Source: Octopus bimaculoides (Eukaryota). Taken from it: DNA of 64,000 nucleotides. Made by a program: the position numbers and the translations under genes. The notes under the pieces were generated by a model that saw only the letters and a program-made list of their open reading frames with translations, was not told the origin of the DNA and searched no databases. Location: positions 31,209,328 to 31,273,327 of the forward strand of contig NC_068983.1 in assembly GCF_001194135.2 (NCBI RefSeq), written 5' to 3'. Below, piece by piece: positions 40,182 through 53,447 of this stretch (the first letter of the stretch is position 1; each line of letters begins with the position of its first letter).

Positions 40182-40639
40182 CTAATTAATTTCATCGTTC
40201 TTCTTTAACACTATAGACTACCGAACTGTGGGCACTTGGCGACATTCTTGATGTCAGTTGAGGTGCTCAGTTTTGGCCAGTGTTTGTCCTATCACCAGGT
40301 CAATCAAAACAGAAAAAAAAAAGAAAGAAAAGAGAAAGCGCGCGCACACGATAAATAGACAGATAACTAGATAGAGAGAGAGGGGGCAGAGAAACAGCTA
40401 TTGTGAGAAGCACTTGCGAAAAGCGACCACACCTTAGAGTCTTTGTACATGTTGCAGTCTCATTTCATATCAGCATATCATTAGCTACGGCATACCACAT
40501 CTATATTGTACTCTTTTGTTTTGGCTATTTTTAATTTAATTTCTAAGCAAAATACAACGATATATTGAACCTCCTTGTGCCAAATATCTGATCAAAAAAT
40601 TTTTACGATCTCAGTATTTGCTCGTTCACTCTTCTGATG

Positions 40640-41420
40640 TCCATTCTCACTTTTCAGCTTTGGCAAAATATCTTTGTTTCTGAAGAGCCTGTTTTACTTA
40701 TGCTGATTAATTATTTTTTAGTAGCTAGTATTTATTAATCGTTTTGGCCTGATTTTTTTGTCTTAGCTCTTCTTCAGCAACCTGGACCCTTCAGTGTATG
40801 ATATCATTGTTTTTCACTGTATATCATTTTCCAAGATCATTATTGAGCAGCTCAACTTAATTCTCAAATATTTTCCTTCATGAATATTTGACCCTTTTTT
40901 CTGCTTGATTTCAACTCCGAGAATTTCTACAGAAACAAAGTTGCACAGTAAATGAAGTCATCTACATGTTATATTCTCGACTTTGATTTTCGGGAAAAGT
41001 TTATCATGAATCTTTACTGCTCTTTGTAGTTTTCCATTTTTCATTTCCCCAAAGTTAGTAATTACGCTGTTTCCCTAATTTTTGTCTCATTTAAATGTTG
41101 AAGTAAGCTCCTTTTCTCTTCCCAAATACTGCTTCCCTCCATGACGTAAAACTAGTAATCACTCTTACTATTGTTTTTTTTTTTTTGCTTCTGGCGATTC
41201 ACTGACCTTTCTGCTCCTTGCTTAAGTCCCTTTCTTATGTAGCTATATGCTTGATATTTCAGTGTTCTGACGATCTCTCCAGCTTCTACAAGGACAGAGA
41301 TTGTTCACGCATGTCAAGAGTTATCTTTTATGTAGAAGTTTTTGTTATATGCCACAGAACATGTCCCTCTCTATCCATATTTTATGGGGGGGGGGGGTCC
41401 GTATCCTATTTTGCCAGGCT
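40640..41420 (-). mobile_element. Possible Tigger/pogo N-terminal remnant
   Basis: Weak motifs: KITLDMRE (K.ITLDMK-like) and later CENP-B-HTH-like fragments; many stops. Confidence 0.35.
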
Positions 41421-42806
41421 CGCACCTGCAGTAACATTCCATAAAAACTCTGTTGTTATTTTGAGATCACCTTCTGCTAATCTTTGCAACATTAGTTGAA
41501 TAAACGCTAGATCCATACTTCCGTTCAGTGGGACACTTATCATGCAACAGAAATTCACTTGAGGATTCAGTTCATTAAAGCAACTATGATATAAATTTTT
41601 ATCTGCTATAACACTCATAAAAAGAACTTTGGTGATAAGATGACCGTTGATTTTAAGGAGTCAACATCATCAGGACGGCTCCCAACCATATTTAAAGAGG
41701 TTCTCTTCCCCTTGAGGCAGGTTCAACTCTGTTAGAAGTTAGCCCAGTTATTTATGGTCTCGGAGTAACTATTATTATTGTTGTTACCAATCATTAACCA
41801 GTAGGTCATGGTTCCATGATAATTATGAGCAGTAATGATAGCAACAACAATAATCCAAGGCCTGAAATTTTGAGGGAAGGGTCTAGTTGTTTACATCGAC
41901 GCCAGTGCTCAACTGGTACGTATTTAATCGACACGAAAAAGATGAAAGGCAAGGTGTTTTTCGTCCGGCAAGATTTCCAAATAAGAAAACAACGTTGACA
42001 AGTACTGTCCTCACAAAGTATGCTCATCATTACAATTGTCACCACCATCCACCACAATCATTATCATCATCGTCATCTTAACTATCATCAACAATACCCT
42101 TATCATGATCACATGCATTCTTTGATACTTGCTAAGAAACTAAGATGACAATGCACGTCACCACGTAGTTCGATCCAGCATGCGTACATAAGCACACACA
42201 CACATGCGCACATGTGTAGACATACATAAGCATAAACATACTCACACATACACACAAGCACATTCAACATACATATTCTTATTTATGTGAATATATTATT
42301 GTATATATGCATGCACACTTACATACATGTATGAGTACTATATGTATAGACATATGCATATTTATACATACATATGCATATATATATATATACATATACA
42401 TACATACATATACATACATATATAAACACACATATCAGTGTACACGTGTGTGTTTGTGTGAGTTCGTATATACCCGCGCATGTAATTGTAAGTTTATATA
42501 CATACAAGCAAAAGCGTACATAGACAAATACACATCATCATATACAGATAAAATTTAAAACCATAAAGCTCTAAAACAGCGCACGTCTTTCGACATTGAT
42601 TTATCGTGCAAGTCAGTCTATTCTGGTTGTGTCGGACATTTTGCAAGTATGCTAGAGTACACAGCAAAACTCTTATTGTTTGGCCGTGCTCCAGTTTACT
42701 TATAATTTCTTTCTCGTTTAACGGACATGTCTGCAGTCTATCCACTTGTGTGTATGTGTGCTTATGTTCTTCTCTATTCTCTCTCTACCTCCCTTCGATC
42801 TCTCTC

Positions 42807-42854
<48 letters not shown>

Positions 42855-42899
42855 CACATATCTGTGTCTGTGAATATATACACACACACGTATATATAT

Positions 42900-43260
42900 G
42901 GTTAGAAAATCTCTAGAAGAGATGAAAGTAGTAACTATACTCAGAAGTGATGTCTGTCGCCACTTCAACATGGCTGTTCCGTACCAACCAACGTTACTAT
43001 TATTTTTAACCCCAAGTAGACACATCCTCTAGCTGGTTAACGATGCAATCTGCTGCCGATATAGTTGCAAGTAGGGGAAAGAATCCCCTACCATCTTATA
43101 GCGACTGAACCACCAGACGAGGCTGGTTTCGGGCTATTTTGCCCATCCTCAGTGGTGGACACTTGTCTGATAGAGATAGCAGTAGTTCGCTCCAGCTCGC
43201 AATATATAGAAAAATACGTGACCATCGGTCACTGATCTTACAACAACCAAAGTAGCGCTC
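42900..43260 (-). mobile_element. Putative PLE pseudo-LTR carrying a hammerhead
   Basis: A unique segment between microsatellites containing the 43111-43158 hammerhead and small hairpins at 43071-43091 and 43218-43232. The PLE assignment is inferred. Confidence 0.4.
43111..43158 (-). ncRNA. Type I hammerhead ribozyme motif
   Basis: 5'-CCACCA CUGAGGA U GGGC AAAUA GCCC GAAAC CAGCCUC GUC UGGUGG-3'. Stem I is 6 bp, the CUGANGA and GAAA core is intact, there is one extra U after A9, and stem III is 2 bp. Cleavage triplet GUC. Confidence 0.8.
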
Positions 43261-43268
43261 TCTCTCTC

Positions 43269-43328
<60 letters not shown>

Positions 43329-43353
43329 NNNNNNNNNNNNNNNNNNNNNNNNN

Positions 43354-43394
<41 letters not shown>

Positions 43395-43729
43395 GTGTAT
43401 CGATACGTTTGTATTCATAAACTATGTATCTATATAGTTGTCTAAAATGATTGCATGCATTATATGCTTATGCATCTCTATTCGATCAATAAACGTACGT
43501 ATATGCACGTGCATACACGTAGACGTATGCGTGTGTGAATGACTGTATATTTGTGCTTGTATGTATGACTTTGTGCAAGAGAGTAAGAGTGGAAGAGAAA
43601 ATGGTAACTCGGAAAAACAAGCAACATGAAGAAATAGTCTGAGTGGCGTTCACGAATCATAAAATTAGCAAGATGCATCCCAGTTTCTGAGTAGACTCGT
43701 TTGATGACTACGAAACCCGACGGATGGTA

Positions 43730-44050
43730 TCTCATAATTTTGCGAAGCATCCTGGTACCGAAGGAGTTCAGGCGGTTACTAAGGGCCCCAGACTATCTTC
43801 AAGTCTTATAACTATAGAGCAGGGCAGGGAGGACCAGAGACCTAAAGACCCGAACCTTTGTTCTCTTGCACAAATATCGGTAGCCCTAAACACCACCGGT
43901 TTGAAGGCTCGTGTTGATCGACCACATGCTACATGGCTACGGAAGATCAGAAGGTATATCGCAAGATGAGGACTGTCTGAGATTCTGCACGACGAGTCGC
44001 TATGCAGCAATGCGTTGCAACGGCTCATGTCCCCACACTTGACTTGACTC
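43730..44050 (+). mobile_element. RTE-type LINE 3' end
   Basis: ARVDRPHATWLRKIRRYI..CSNALQRLMSPHLT (GRP..TW motif), ending at a GACTTGACT-type tail. Confidence 0.6.
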
Positions 44051-44496
44051 TGATGACAATTTGCATTTTAGTTAATGACGAAAATTTTACTTATGTATGT
44101 ATGTATGTATGTATGTATGTATGTATGAAGGTAGGTAAGTATGTATGCAGAGATGCAGTCCTGGCCGAGAGGTTAAAAAGTTCTCTTTGCAATATTGAGG
44201 TCCTGGATTCAACACCAATGGATTCGAACCAAGCTTGTGAGTTAAATTGGACAGAAGGGGAGCTGTTTGATGTAAATTTACTATTCATCCCGTTATTGGA
44301 AAGGTACATGTAAATCAGAAGGGTGACTCTGCTTCTGACTAACGTTAATGCAGGTAAAATAGTCATTTATATGCTAATTTAATGAGGATGTGGTAGTTAT
44401 ATTTTACATTAACTGGAAACTTACGTTCGAAATTGGTGGAGGACCCATGTATTTGTATTGGATGTGCATGTCTTTTTAAACAGATTTGCAGGTAAA

Positions 44497-44593
<97 letters not shown>

Positions 44594-44780
44594 GCATAAG
44601 CACTCAAACAGACACTCTGCGTTTACTCATTTGGAAGAAACTGATGAGTCACTGCAATGCTAATCAGATTTCCTCGCTACTTGGGATCACTCATACGACA
44701 AAAGCGTAAATATTTTGGTTGAAAGAATGACGATCCACTTCTTGCAAGTGGTGAGGAGTGAATCTTCAAGTTCTTCCAAA

Positions 44781-45830
44781 TACCAGGGTTGTATCAAAAG
44801 TGGGTATAACATAGGTCGCTCAATCTGTGCATGTCGGTAGAATAAATTTCTACCGTAATTCTTCTTCCTGTTCTTATTCGTTGCAGGCAACTATTGCGTT
44901 CCAAACAGAAGAAACATGCAGATCATTGAGCTTTTGATGAAAAAGGGGATGCAGGCCATCTGACATCAACAGATACAAGTACTTTGCACAGGCTACGACA
45001 CCATTAAGTAGAGCAATATGTTAGACGGAAGAAGGAGTTTAAAGAAAGGAGAATCAACATTGAAGATAAATCACACAGTAGGAGAACCATCAATTGCGAC
45101 CACTTATGTGAATCACCAGCGAGTGGAAGAATAAATTTGCGAGTACAGACAAGATGTAATGCATTACAGAAAATTGTGGAAGACTTTAGGTATTGGAAAA
45201 TATGTGCAAAATGGAAATCTCAGAGGGTGACACCCAGTTTGAAAGAATGCAAGGTGGAAGTCTACTATGATCAGCTGGAAATGTTTGAAGTCAATGAAGA
45301 AGCGTTTTTTTTTTTTTTCGATTTGATGACAGGACGAAATGTGGCCCTGTATTTAGGATCTGAAAACGAGGTCCCAGTCCATAGAATTGTTTCAAACCTC
45401 TTCTTCAAAGCCTAAGAAGTTCAAGAACCAGTGATTGGCACAAAAAGTAAGGGTAATTGTTTTGTGAATTAAAATCTCGTATTTTTCTTCGATTTTCTGA
45501 AACATGGACATATCGTGACCAGCGACCGATTCATGGAAACACTAAAAATTCTTAGAGAAGTTATTAGGAGGAAGAGAACGGTAAGAATCTGAAAACGATC
45601 TACGTTCGGGACTATGCACATTTTTGCCAACAAATCAAGCACTCAGTATATTGGGCTAGTCAATGATTTCCTATCCACTTTATTTTTCCAGTTTTTCGGT
45701 CATTCTGAGAAAGCAATTTCATGATATAGATGAGGTGAAAGTATTTGTAAGTATTTGTAGGTACTACAGCGAACAGATGAATTTTTAAAAATAAAGGTTT
45801 TAGAGTTGCGTTCATAGACGGCACAAATGA
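44781..45830 (+). mobile_element. Decayed mariner transposon
   Basis: Starts TACCAGGGTTGTATCAAAAGT (TA plus mariner-like TIR). Motifs: IIELLMKKG, RYWKICAKW (CARWVP-like), MTGRNV/DEMW (TGDETW-like) and KPKKFK..KVRVIV. Confidence 0.75.
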
Positions 45831-45972
45831 ATCATTTGTAAGGGATGCTATGTTGAATAGTATCTTTGTATAAAGAAAATGTTATCCTACCAACATCTAC
45901 AATTTGAACAACATACGTCAGTAAATAAAAAGTTATACCCACTTTTGTACACTTTCAATATAACTCAAGAGC

Positions 45973-46117
<145 letters not shown>

Positions 46118-46694
46118 GTATACTGTTCGGTGAGTGAGTAAAGCCTCTTAGTTGGATAGTCACGTATGGAGTTTGAAGTCCAACACCACATCATATGCAG
46201 TCAAGTGGAAAGTAGTCAAAAAGTTCACACCATATGTCAACGGATCAAAAAAAAAAAAATATATATATTGTAAGCTACGCGTAGCTGAAAGATCACAGAA
46301 CCTTTTCGGATCTCAGGACTCCACTGCACTGCTGAATTCTAGGTCTAGAATTTTCAGCGGAAGTAAACATATGGATAATTTCCCGTTGCTGAATTGGAAA
46401 ATACCACCCTCTCCGAATTGAGCAGCTGAACCACAGACTCTAGGATTTATGATTTAACAGCCAAAGGGGACATAACTCTAATTCCTACCCCTCTTTTCTT
46501 TTTTTCTTTTTCGTTTTTCAATGTTTTCAACGTTCCACTTTTACACCTACTTTCTTCTCGCCTTTTATCGTATTTTCCCTGATATGCTATGTGGGCAGAG
46601 CCTAAAGATTGCCTGAAGGTACCATACGTGTTATAAAATGCTGTCTGAGTTGTTTTCAACGCATGAACTTATTGATAGGTCATAAAAATATATG

Positions 46695-46752
<58 letters not shown>

Positions 46753-47738
46753 NNNNNNNNNNNNNNNNNNNNNNNNNNNNNNNNNNNNNNNNNNNNNNNN
46801 NNNNNNNNNNNNNNNNNNNNNNNNNNNNNNNNNNNNNNNNNNNNNNNNNNNNNNNNNNNNNNNNNNNNNNNNNNNNNNNNNNNNNNNNNNNNNNNNNNNN
46901 NNNNNNNNNNNNNNNNNNNNNNNNNNNNNNNNNNNNNNNNNNNNNNNNNNNNNNNNNNNNNNNNNNNNNNNNNNNNNNNNNNNNNNNNNNNNNNNNNNNN
47001 NNNNNNNNNNNNNNNNNNNNNNNNNNNNNNNNNNNNNNNNNNNNNNNNNNNNNNNNNNNNNNNNNNNNNNNNNNNNNNNNNNNNNNNNNNNNNNNNNNNN
47101 NNNNNNNNNNNNNNNNNNNNNNNNNNNNNNNNNNNNNNNNNNNNNNNNNNNNNNNNNNNNNNNNNNNNNNNNNNNNNNNNNNNNNNNNNNNNNNNNNNNN
47201 NNNNNNNNNNNNNNNNNNNNNNNNNNNNNNNNNNNNNNNNNNNNNNNNNNNNNNNNNNNNNNNNNNNNNNNNNNNNNNNNNNNNNNNNNNNNNNNNNNNN
47301 NNNNNNNNNNNNNNNNNNNNNNNNNNNNNNNNNNNNNNNNNNNNNNNNNNNNNNNNNNNNNNNNNNNNNNNNNNNNNNNNNNNNNNNNNNNNNNNNNNNN
47401 NNNNNNNNNNNNNNNNNNNNNNNNNNNNNNNNNNNNNNNNNNNNNNNNNNNNNNNNNNNNNNNNNNNNNNNNNNNNNNNNNNNNNNNNNNNNTATATATA
47501 TATATATATATTTGTATGTGTGTATGTGTGTGTATAAAATTAATATAGACAGCAGTTTGCAATGTTTCATAGAAAATGAGAATTATAATTTTGTCACTAA
47601 ATGTGACTTGGGTGTTAGAAACACCTTACATTGCTAGAAATAAGAGCTAAAATGTTCTAATGCTGTGGTCAACGCACATAAATGTAAGCATATACACAAA
47701 CAGAGACCTTAATCGTCCGAAAAATACCGATCGAGAAT

Positions 47739-47789
47739 TCTTAATATTGACGTCAGTTTCAGAAATTTTCTTTGCCTCATCAGTTAAGA
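47739..47789 (-). ncRNA. Decayed antisense copy of the 48067 hammerhead
   Basis: 5'-UCUUAA CUGAUGA GGCAA AGAAAA UUUCU GAAAC UGACGUC AAUA UUAAGA-3'. The core is intact, but stem II and the 16.2 pair are mutated. Confidence 0.6.
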
Positions 47790-48066
47790 CTGTCTGGAAA
47801 GTTCGGCTTTTTCCTATTGACTTGCTTGTGCACTGACTTCAGTATTAGAGCATTTTAGCTTTCATTTCTAGCAATGTAAGTGTTTCCAACACCCTAGTCA
47901 CATTTAGTGACATCTATAATTCTCCTGTTTGGTGAAACATTGCAAACTGTTGTTTATATTTTATGCATGCACATTAACGAATCGCTATATCATCCATTAA
48001 TTTGGATGACGAAAACATATATACTAATATAGAAGCAAGTCCAAAAAAGTCGAATTTTCGAGCCAG

Positions 48067-48117
48067 TCTTAACTGACGAGGCAACGGAAATTGCCGAAAC
48101 TGACGTCAGTATTAAGA
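48067..48117 (+). ncRNA. Canonical type I hammerhead ribozyme with palindromic stem III
   Basis: 5'-UCUUAA CUGACGA GGCAA CGGAAA UUGCC GAA ACUG ACGU CAGU A UUAAGA-3'. Stem I is 6 bp, stem II 5 bp (G10.1-C11.1) and stem III 4 bp. All conserved core nucleotides are present. Predicted cleavage after A48111. Confidence 0.9.
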
Positions 48118-48989
48118 ATTCTCGATCGGCATTTATCGGCACACGCACGCACTCATATATGTATGTATTTATCGGCACCGATATTTGTGGACCGTGTCCA
48201 TTTTTTCTAAACCATGAACAATATATTTATATTGGTTCACGTAGTACATTTTGGAGCTACACTCTTAGATGAGTTGATGGATTGTATTATTCTTCACTAA
48301 CTTTAACCATTATTGCAGGAATTGAATTAGTATAGCAGGCTATATCCACTACGTCTCCACCACTTACAATATATTTTTTATTCCACTGTGTATATTCAGA
48401 ACCATGGTATTTTGCCTCTTAACAGTTAAGTGTTTTTTTTTTATGTATGTATGCACGTGCGTGCATATGTGCATACATACGGTGAACTCTTTGATGACAA
48501 TTTTAAAAATATATGTATGTCCGGACAGTTCGTTCCAAAGTCAATGAATATCCAGTCTACATGCAAACAATCCCATAAAGTAATTAAGTGCCTATGATAA
48601 AGGCAAGGTAAAATTTCTACAATAAGACAATAAATTGCAAGGGTAAATATGCATAAAGAAATTTTAAATATCCGTAGATTATTTCAAAGTCTTTCTAAGG
48701 AAGTTAATGAGTATTATAATAAATATTTATAAAATAAACATATACTATTACGTCATCAATATCAATTTAAAAATTCAAAAGTTAAAAAAAGAACTAATCA
48801 TTCAAGTAAATTCATAATAAGTTTCAATTTGTGTGGTATTGTGAACAATGGGAAATACAATTCAACATGACATCCGTGCGTTCAAATATGCAAATTAAAT
48901 TATTTTAATAAAAAATATAAATTAGTAATAGGAAAAATCATACAGTTTCTTGCTTGCATTTGTCAGGCCGATAGTACAAAATGGACATC

Positions 48990-50250
48990 AAGATTTGAGG
49001 GAGAAGAAAAGCAGTAACCTTTTCTAAAGTTTAAGAATTACTTTCTTCTGCAAGAGAAACATCATAATCTTCATATATTGAAAAAGAACATTAGAAGTAG
49101 GCTTTTAGATCATTTTTTAAAAATAAAAGTACCCAGGGAAGATTTTCGTAATCTATTCCTCTGATCAGTTCAAAAGTTCTATAACATTATATAAGCAAAC
49201 TACTTCCAGCCTGTCAGTGTGCTCATGCCGTACATTTTTTTCTCCTCTTTTCTTTTTCCACATTTTGATCCTCTTCATCAAAGTTCAGCCCTTTGCGAGA
49301 ATCCTCTCTTCTTGGTGTAGTTCTTTCAGGTTGTCAATGCACTGTTCTCTTCTCTGCTTCTCAACTAAATAATTTATGCCCTCTTAATTCGCCTCCAGGT
49401 GAACTATCATAACATTCAGTTTTCTCCATCACAATTCTTGTCTTAAACATTGCGAAGTCCATTGAAGAGAATCAAGGGACAATGCTCTCTAAGAAGTATT
49501 TGAAGTACTCAGAAGTAAGCTCCCTTCACCACTTCGCTACTAAACGGAGAGTAACTCCAAAAGTGAAATGATTTTTCCGAAACACTTTTAATGTCGTATC
49601 AGTGGGTGAAGTCGTTTCAAAACAGGCCCTGAACAGATGCCTTGTGTATAATCTTTTAGGCATACAGTCACTTGGTGATATATGGGTTGTAGCAAAGGTG
49701 TAGTATTAGTATGTAATAAACAGACTTTGAGAAAATCAAATTCCGTCGACATTTGTTTCATGACTTTGAATGGATGTAACGGAGCATTGTCCATGACAGG
49801 AACAACACTTTCATTTAGTGGTAGTCAAGTACAGTGGAAGCAAATACATCAGGGAACCACGCACTAAATATATTCTTCGTAACTCAGCCCTTAGTGTTGA
49901 AAATCTACTGAACATTAAACCTGTTCTTAACGTTTTGGAAGTTCGAGGGTTTTGTGAATTACATACTAGGAGTGATTTCATATGTAATCCCCCTGAAGCA
50001 TTAGTGCAAAAGAAGTAATTTTAGCTTATCCTTTCTCACTCATGATTTGACAATTTAGCCTCTTCTTGTGTGGCGTTGGTTCTTATAAGCGCGTTACCCA
50101 AGAAGGGCCGGTTTCATTCTGTCAACATCTTTGCTAAGAGTTTCGCTATGCCACTCAACAATGTGAACACTCGTCTGATTCGAAGCAACATGTACTGGTT
50201 TTAAGCTCAACTGGTTTTCCACCAGTGACAACAGGAGAAAGTCTTTCAAG
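48990..50250 (-). mobile_element. Decayed Tigger/pogo (TIGD1-like) DDE transposase
   Basis: ORF 49588-49794 reads MDNAPLHP..FDFLKVCLLHTNTTPLLQP (DNAPGHP..FLPPNTTPLLQP-like). Upstream are FCTNASGG.HMKSLLVCNSQNPR and an ETG-like motif; downstream is DNLKELHQEE. Confidence 0.8.
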
Positions 50251-51702
50251 CTACCTGTAAATAAATTTAGCTTTATTCACAAGGAACCACTAGCAAATTG
50301 CTTTCATTTTATTTTATCGGTATCAATAATAAAATTTCTCATTTTATCTGTGCTTGAGAAATATTATTAAGCCTGAATATGCCTTTTGCTACCGTTGCAC
50401 ATTAATATCTTCTTTTCCGTTAAAACGGTACAAATTGTACGCTTGACTAATCCCAACTCCACATTAAGTTCACTTAAACTGAAGCCAGTATCTCTCTTAG
50501 TAGTAAGTTCTGCTTTTCTTTAAAAATATATTGCTATACTAAAGTTTGTTCTTTGTGGCTTTGATTTTGTCATGGTGAATATTTTACTATCAAAAACATT
50601 GAACCACAGCAATCTTTTTGATTTTGGAAAAAATTCTACTGATTGTAATCATATATAAAGAAGCAAAATGACGCTATGAATTTATCCATTTTATTCAGCT
50701 AATTATTTATTTTGATACAAGAATAGCATTACCAACCCAAGATATCATTTAAAGCATCGAAGCAAACATTCGTTTCCTTAGTTTGAAATGAATTTATTTA
50801 TCTTACATGGAGATTTTTTGTTGACCTGATTTTATTCATTGACAAAATTTCAAAATAAAGCATTCGTTACCATAAATTTCGTTACCACTGATGTTCGTTA
50901 CCAAAAGAAGCGACTGTATATGGGTAGAGAGAAGGAAATCAAGAGAGGAAGAGGGAGGAGAAGAGGTGGGGATTGGAGAAGAGAGAGGGTGAGAAAAAGA
51001 GATGAGATAATTTATCATATCAATATTAAATGGTCAAATTCAATTTCCAGGATTTTTCTTTCACTATATAATATAAACTTTGTCTCTCTCTTCCCTCATC
51101 ATATATATACATATATATATATATATATACTGACATTGCATCTATCAATGGGTTTTGACGTTAAAATATTACTCACAGTTTTTCTGAAGTTGAACTCAAC
51201 TGGGTTTCCTGTAGTAAGGAATTTTAGATATATATATTTACATAATATCTATCTATCTCTTNNNNNNNNNNNNNNNNNNNNNNNNNNNNNNNNNNNNNNN
51301 NNNNNNNNNNNNNNNNNNNNNNNNNNNNNNNNNNNNNNNNNNNNNNNNNNNNNNNNNNNNNNNNNNNNNNNNNNNNNNNNNNNNNNNNNNNNNNNNNNNN
51401 NNNNNNNNNNNNNNNNNNNNNNNNNNNNNNNNNNNNNNNNNNNNNNNNNNNNNNNNNNNNNNNNNNNNNNNNNNNNNNNNNNNNNNNNNNNNNNNNNNNN
51501 NNNNNNNNNNNNNNNNNNNNNNNNNNNNNNNNNNNNNNNNNNTATATATATAATATAATATTATATTATATTATATATATATTATTTTGTTATATTATTA
51601 TGTTACATTACATCATATCATATTATATATATATAGAGAGAGAGAGACAGACAGACAGATAGATAGACAGACAGACACTCAGACAGAAAGACAGACAGAC
51701 AT

Positions 51703-51821
<119 letters not shown>

Positions 51822-52434
51822 TTATGGGTTGCTTTGAATAGACTACATTTATGCTTCCGGGTTACCACTGGATCTATATTTATTTTAATATATATTGATT
51901 CGACTATTCGTGTTCTGTCGTCCATGAACGGATGATCACTCATATTGACTACAGAAGAGAAGGAAGGAAAGTTGTGTCGTTCATGGTTTTGCCAAGATTA
52001 TATAGAGAGTAAGTGAAGTGCGATAACATACGAACCATACAACCGACAGATATTACACCTTTAGAATTAAGACGCACCTATTGCATATAACTGTGCATTT
52101 TGAACATCTCTGCCAACTTAATAAATCATATGCTGGTTTAATATATTATTTCATGTCATATCATTTTACTCCTCTTTAACTGGCTTCTGCTACTGGACTT
52201 CTGCGATGCAGATACACAGGGGTTTAATTGATTATATGAACACCAGTTCTTTGTCCGTTACTTATTTCATAATCTTCACGTTTCCAGAAGATAGCAAAAT
52301 AAGCATTGACAGAACAGTAAACAATTCAGTTAATCACTATTGCAATAGGTTATTTTTGATCGAATGTATTGGTTCTCCCTACGTTGTCATACGAACATAC
52401 CAACCAATAATAGTAGAATGCATCATAATAGTAG

Positions 52435-52505
52435 AATACTGCCAGCGGGATCGAACCCGGAGCACATTGGTGTGAGGCAAAGTTCTTAACTACACAACCA
52501 TGTCT
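52435..52505 (-). mobile_element. tRNA-like SINE head fragment
   Basis: Reverse complement reads CATGGTTGTGTAGTTAAGAAC..GGGTTCGATCCCGCTGG (A/B boxes). Confidence 0.55.
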
Positions 52506-53335
52506 ACACTCAAATATGATCTCATTTTCGCAACTTCTTAATATCTAAGTAACTTAAGGCCAAAATATTTAATCTAAGGAACTAACCAGAAATATGTATT
52601 TGGTGAGATAAAAACGATATTAACGAGAGTCTAATAACATATTCATCTGTCCTGTAAATACGAGACATGTTTCAGTTTTATTCTAACTCTATCTTTTAGG
52701 CAAAATATCCACTGCACATATCGAAGTTGTGTTCAATGAATAACGAAGTACTGGTTGAAATATGAAAATAGAATTCTTTGAAAAGTAATTCATAGACGCC
52801 ATATGCATAAAATGCCCGTAGATAAATTAGTGTTACCATTTTTAATGCATAGAAAATAAGCCATGGACTCTTAAACACCTTATTGGTGTTGTAGGCACGT
52901 CGTGTAATATAAGATGAGTCTTCGGCACTTATAGACCTGGTGAAGCCCACCCATCTCCAGGTTTGACCGCAGCCCATTTATTCTAGAAGAGAAAAAAGCG
53001 CCCAGAAAGAGTTCGAGAAAGCATAATCCTGCCTACGATAGAATTAGTACATTATTGACCCCAAAGAGATGACATGTAAAGTAACATCACAGGAATATGT
53101 ACTCAGAGAGCAGAGAGCTAGAACGACCGCCGCAAATCAACCTATCTGATACTTAGAAGCCTCTGCCAATTAACCGGCCTTAGAGCATATAAGAACCAAA
53201 GAATTTATATAGCAATGATGGAGAATGAGCATATTAGTAACATCAATTGACATGAGCTGACATTCAACGATAATGAATATACAAAGATTTCTTATTTAGC
53301 AATAAACAGCGTACCGTGCTTCATAGTATTAAATA

Positions 53336-53371
<36 letters not shown>

Positions 53372-53415
53372 CATACTCTCTCTCCCTCTCTCTCTCTCTC
53401 TCCATCTCTCTTTCT

Positions 53416-53447
<32 letters not shown>

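Larger units (their letters stand above)
47542..48150. mobile_element. Three partial copies of one PLE-like pseudo-LTR unit in alternating orientation (+/-/+)
   Basis: 47542-47690 is the approximate reverse complement of 47815-47960, and 47712-47828 is the approximate reverse complement of 48032-48145. The unit carries the hammerhead. Confidence 0.7.

Noticed and set aside
41641-41678. Minus-strand CUGAUGA followed by a 5-bp stem
   Set aside because: The stem is followed by GGUC instead of GAAA, so the catalytic core is absent.
50839-51558. 239-aa ORF
   Set aside because: Purine-rich low-complexity sequence plus a gap; no domain signal.
52696-52995. Exon candidate: strong minus-strand acceptor followed by ORF MGCGQTW
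   Set aside because: No recognisable homology and no partner exons; splice-like signals are common in AT-rich DNA.
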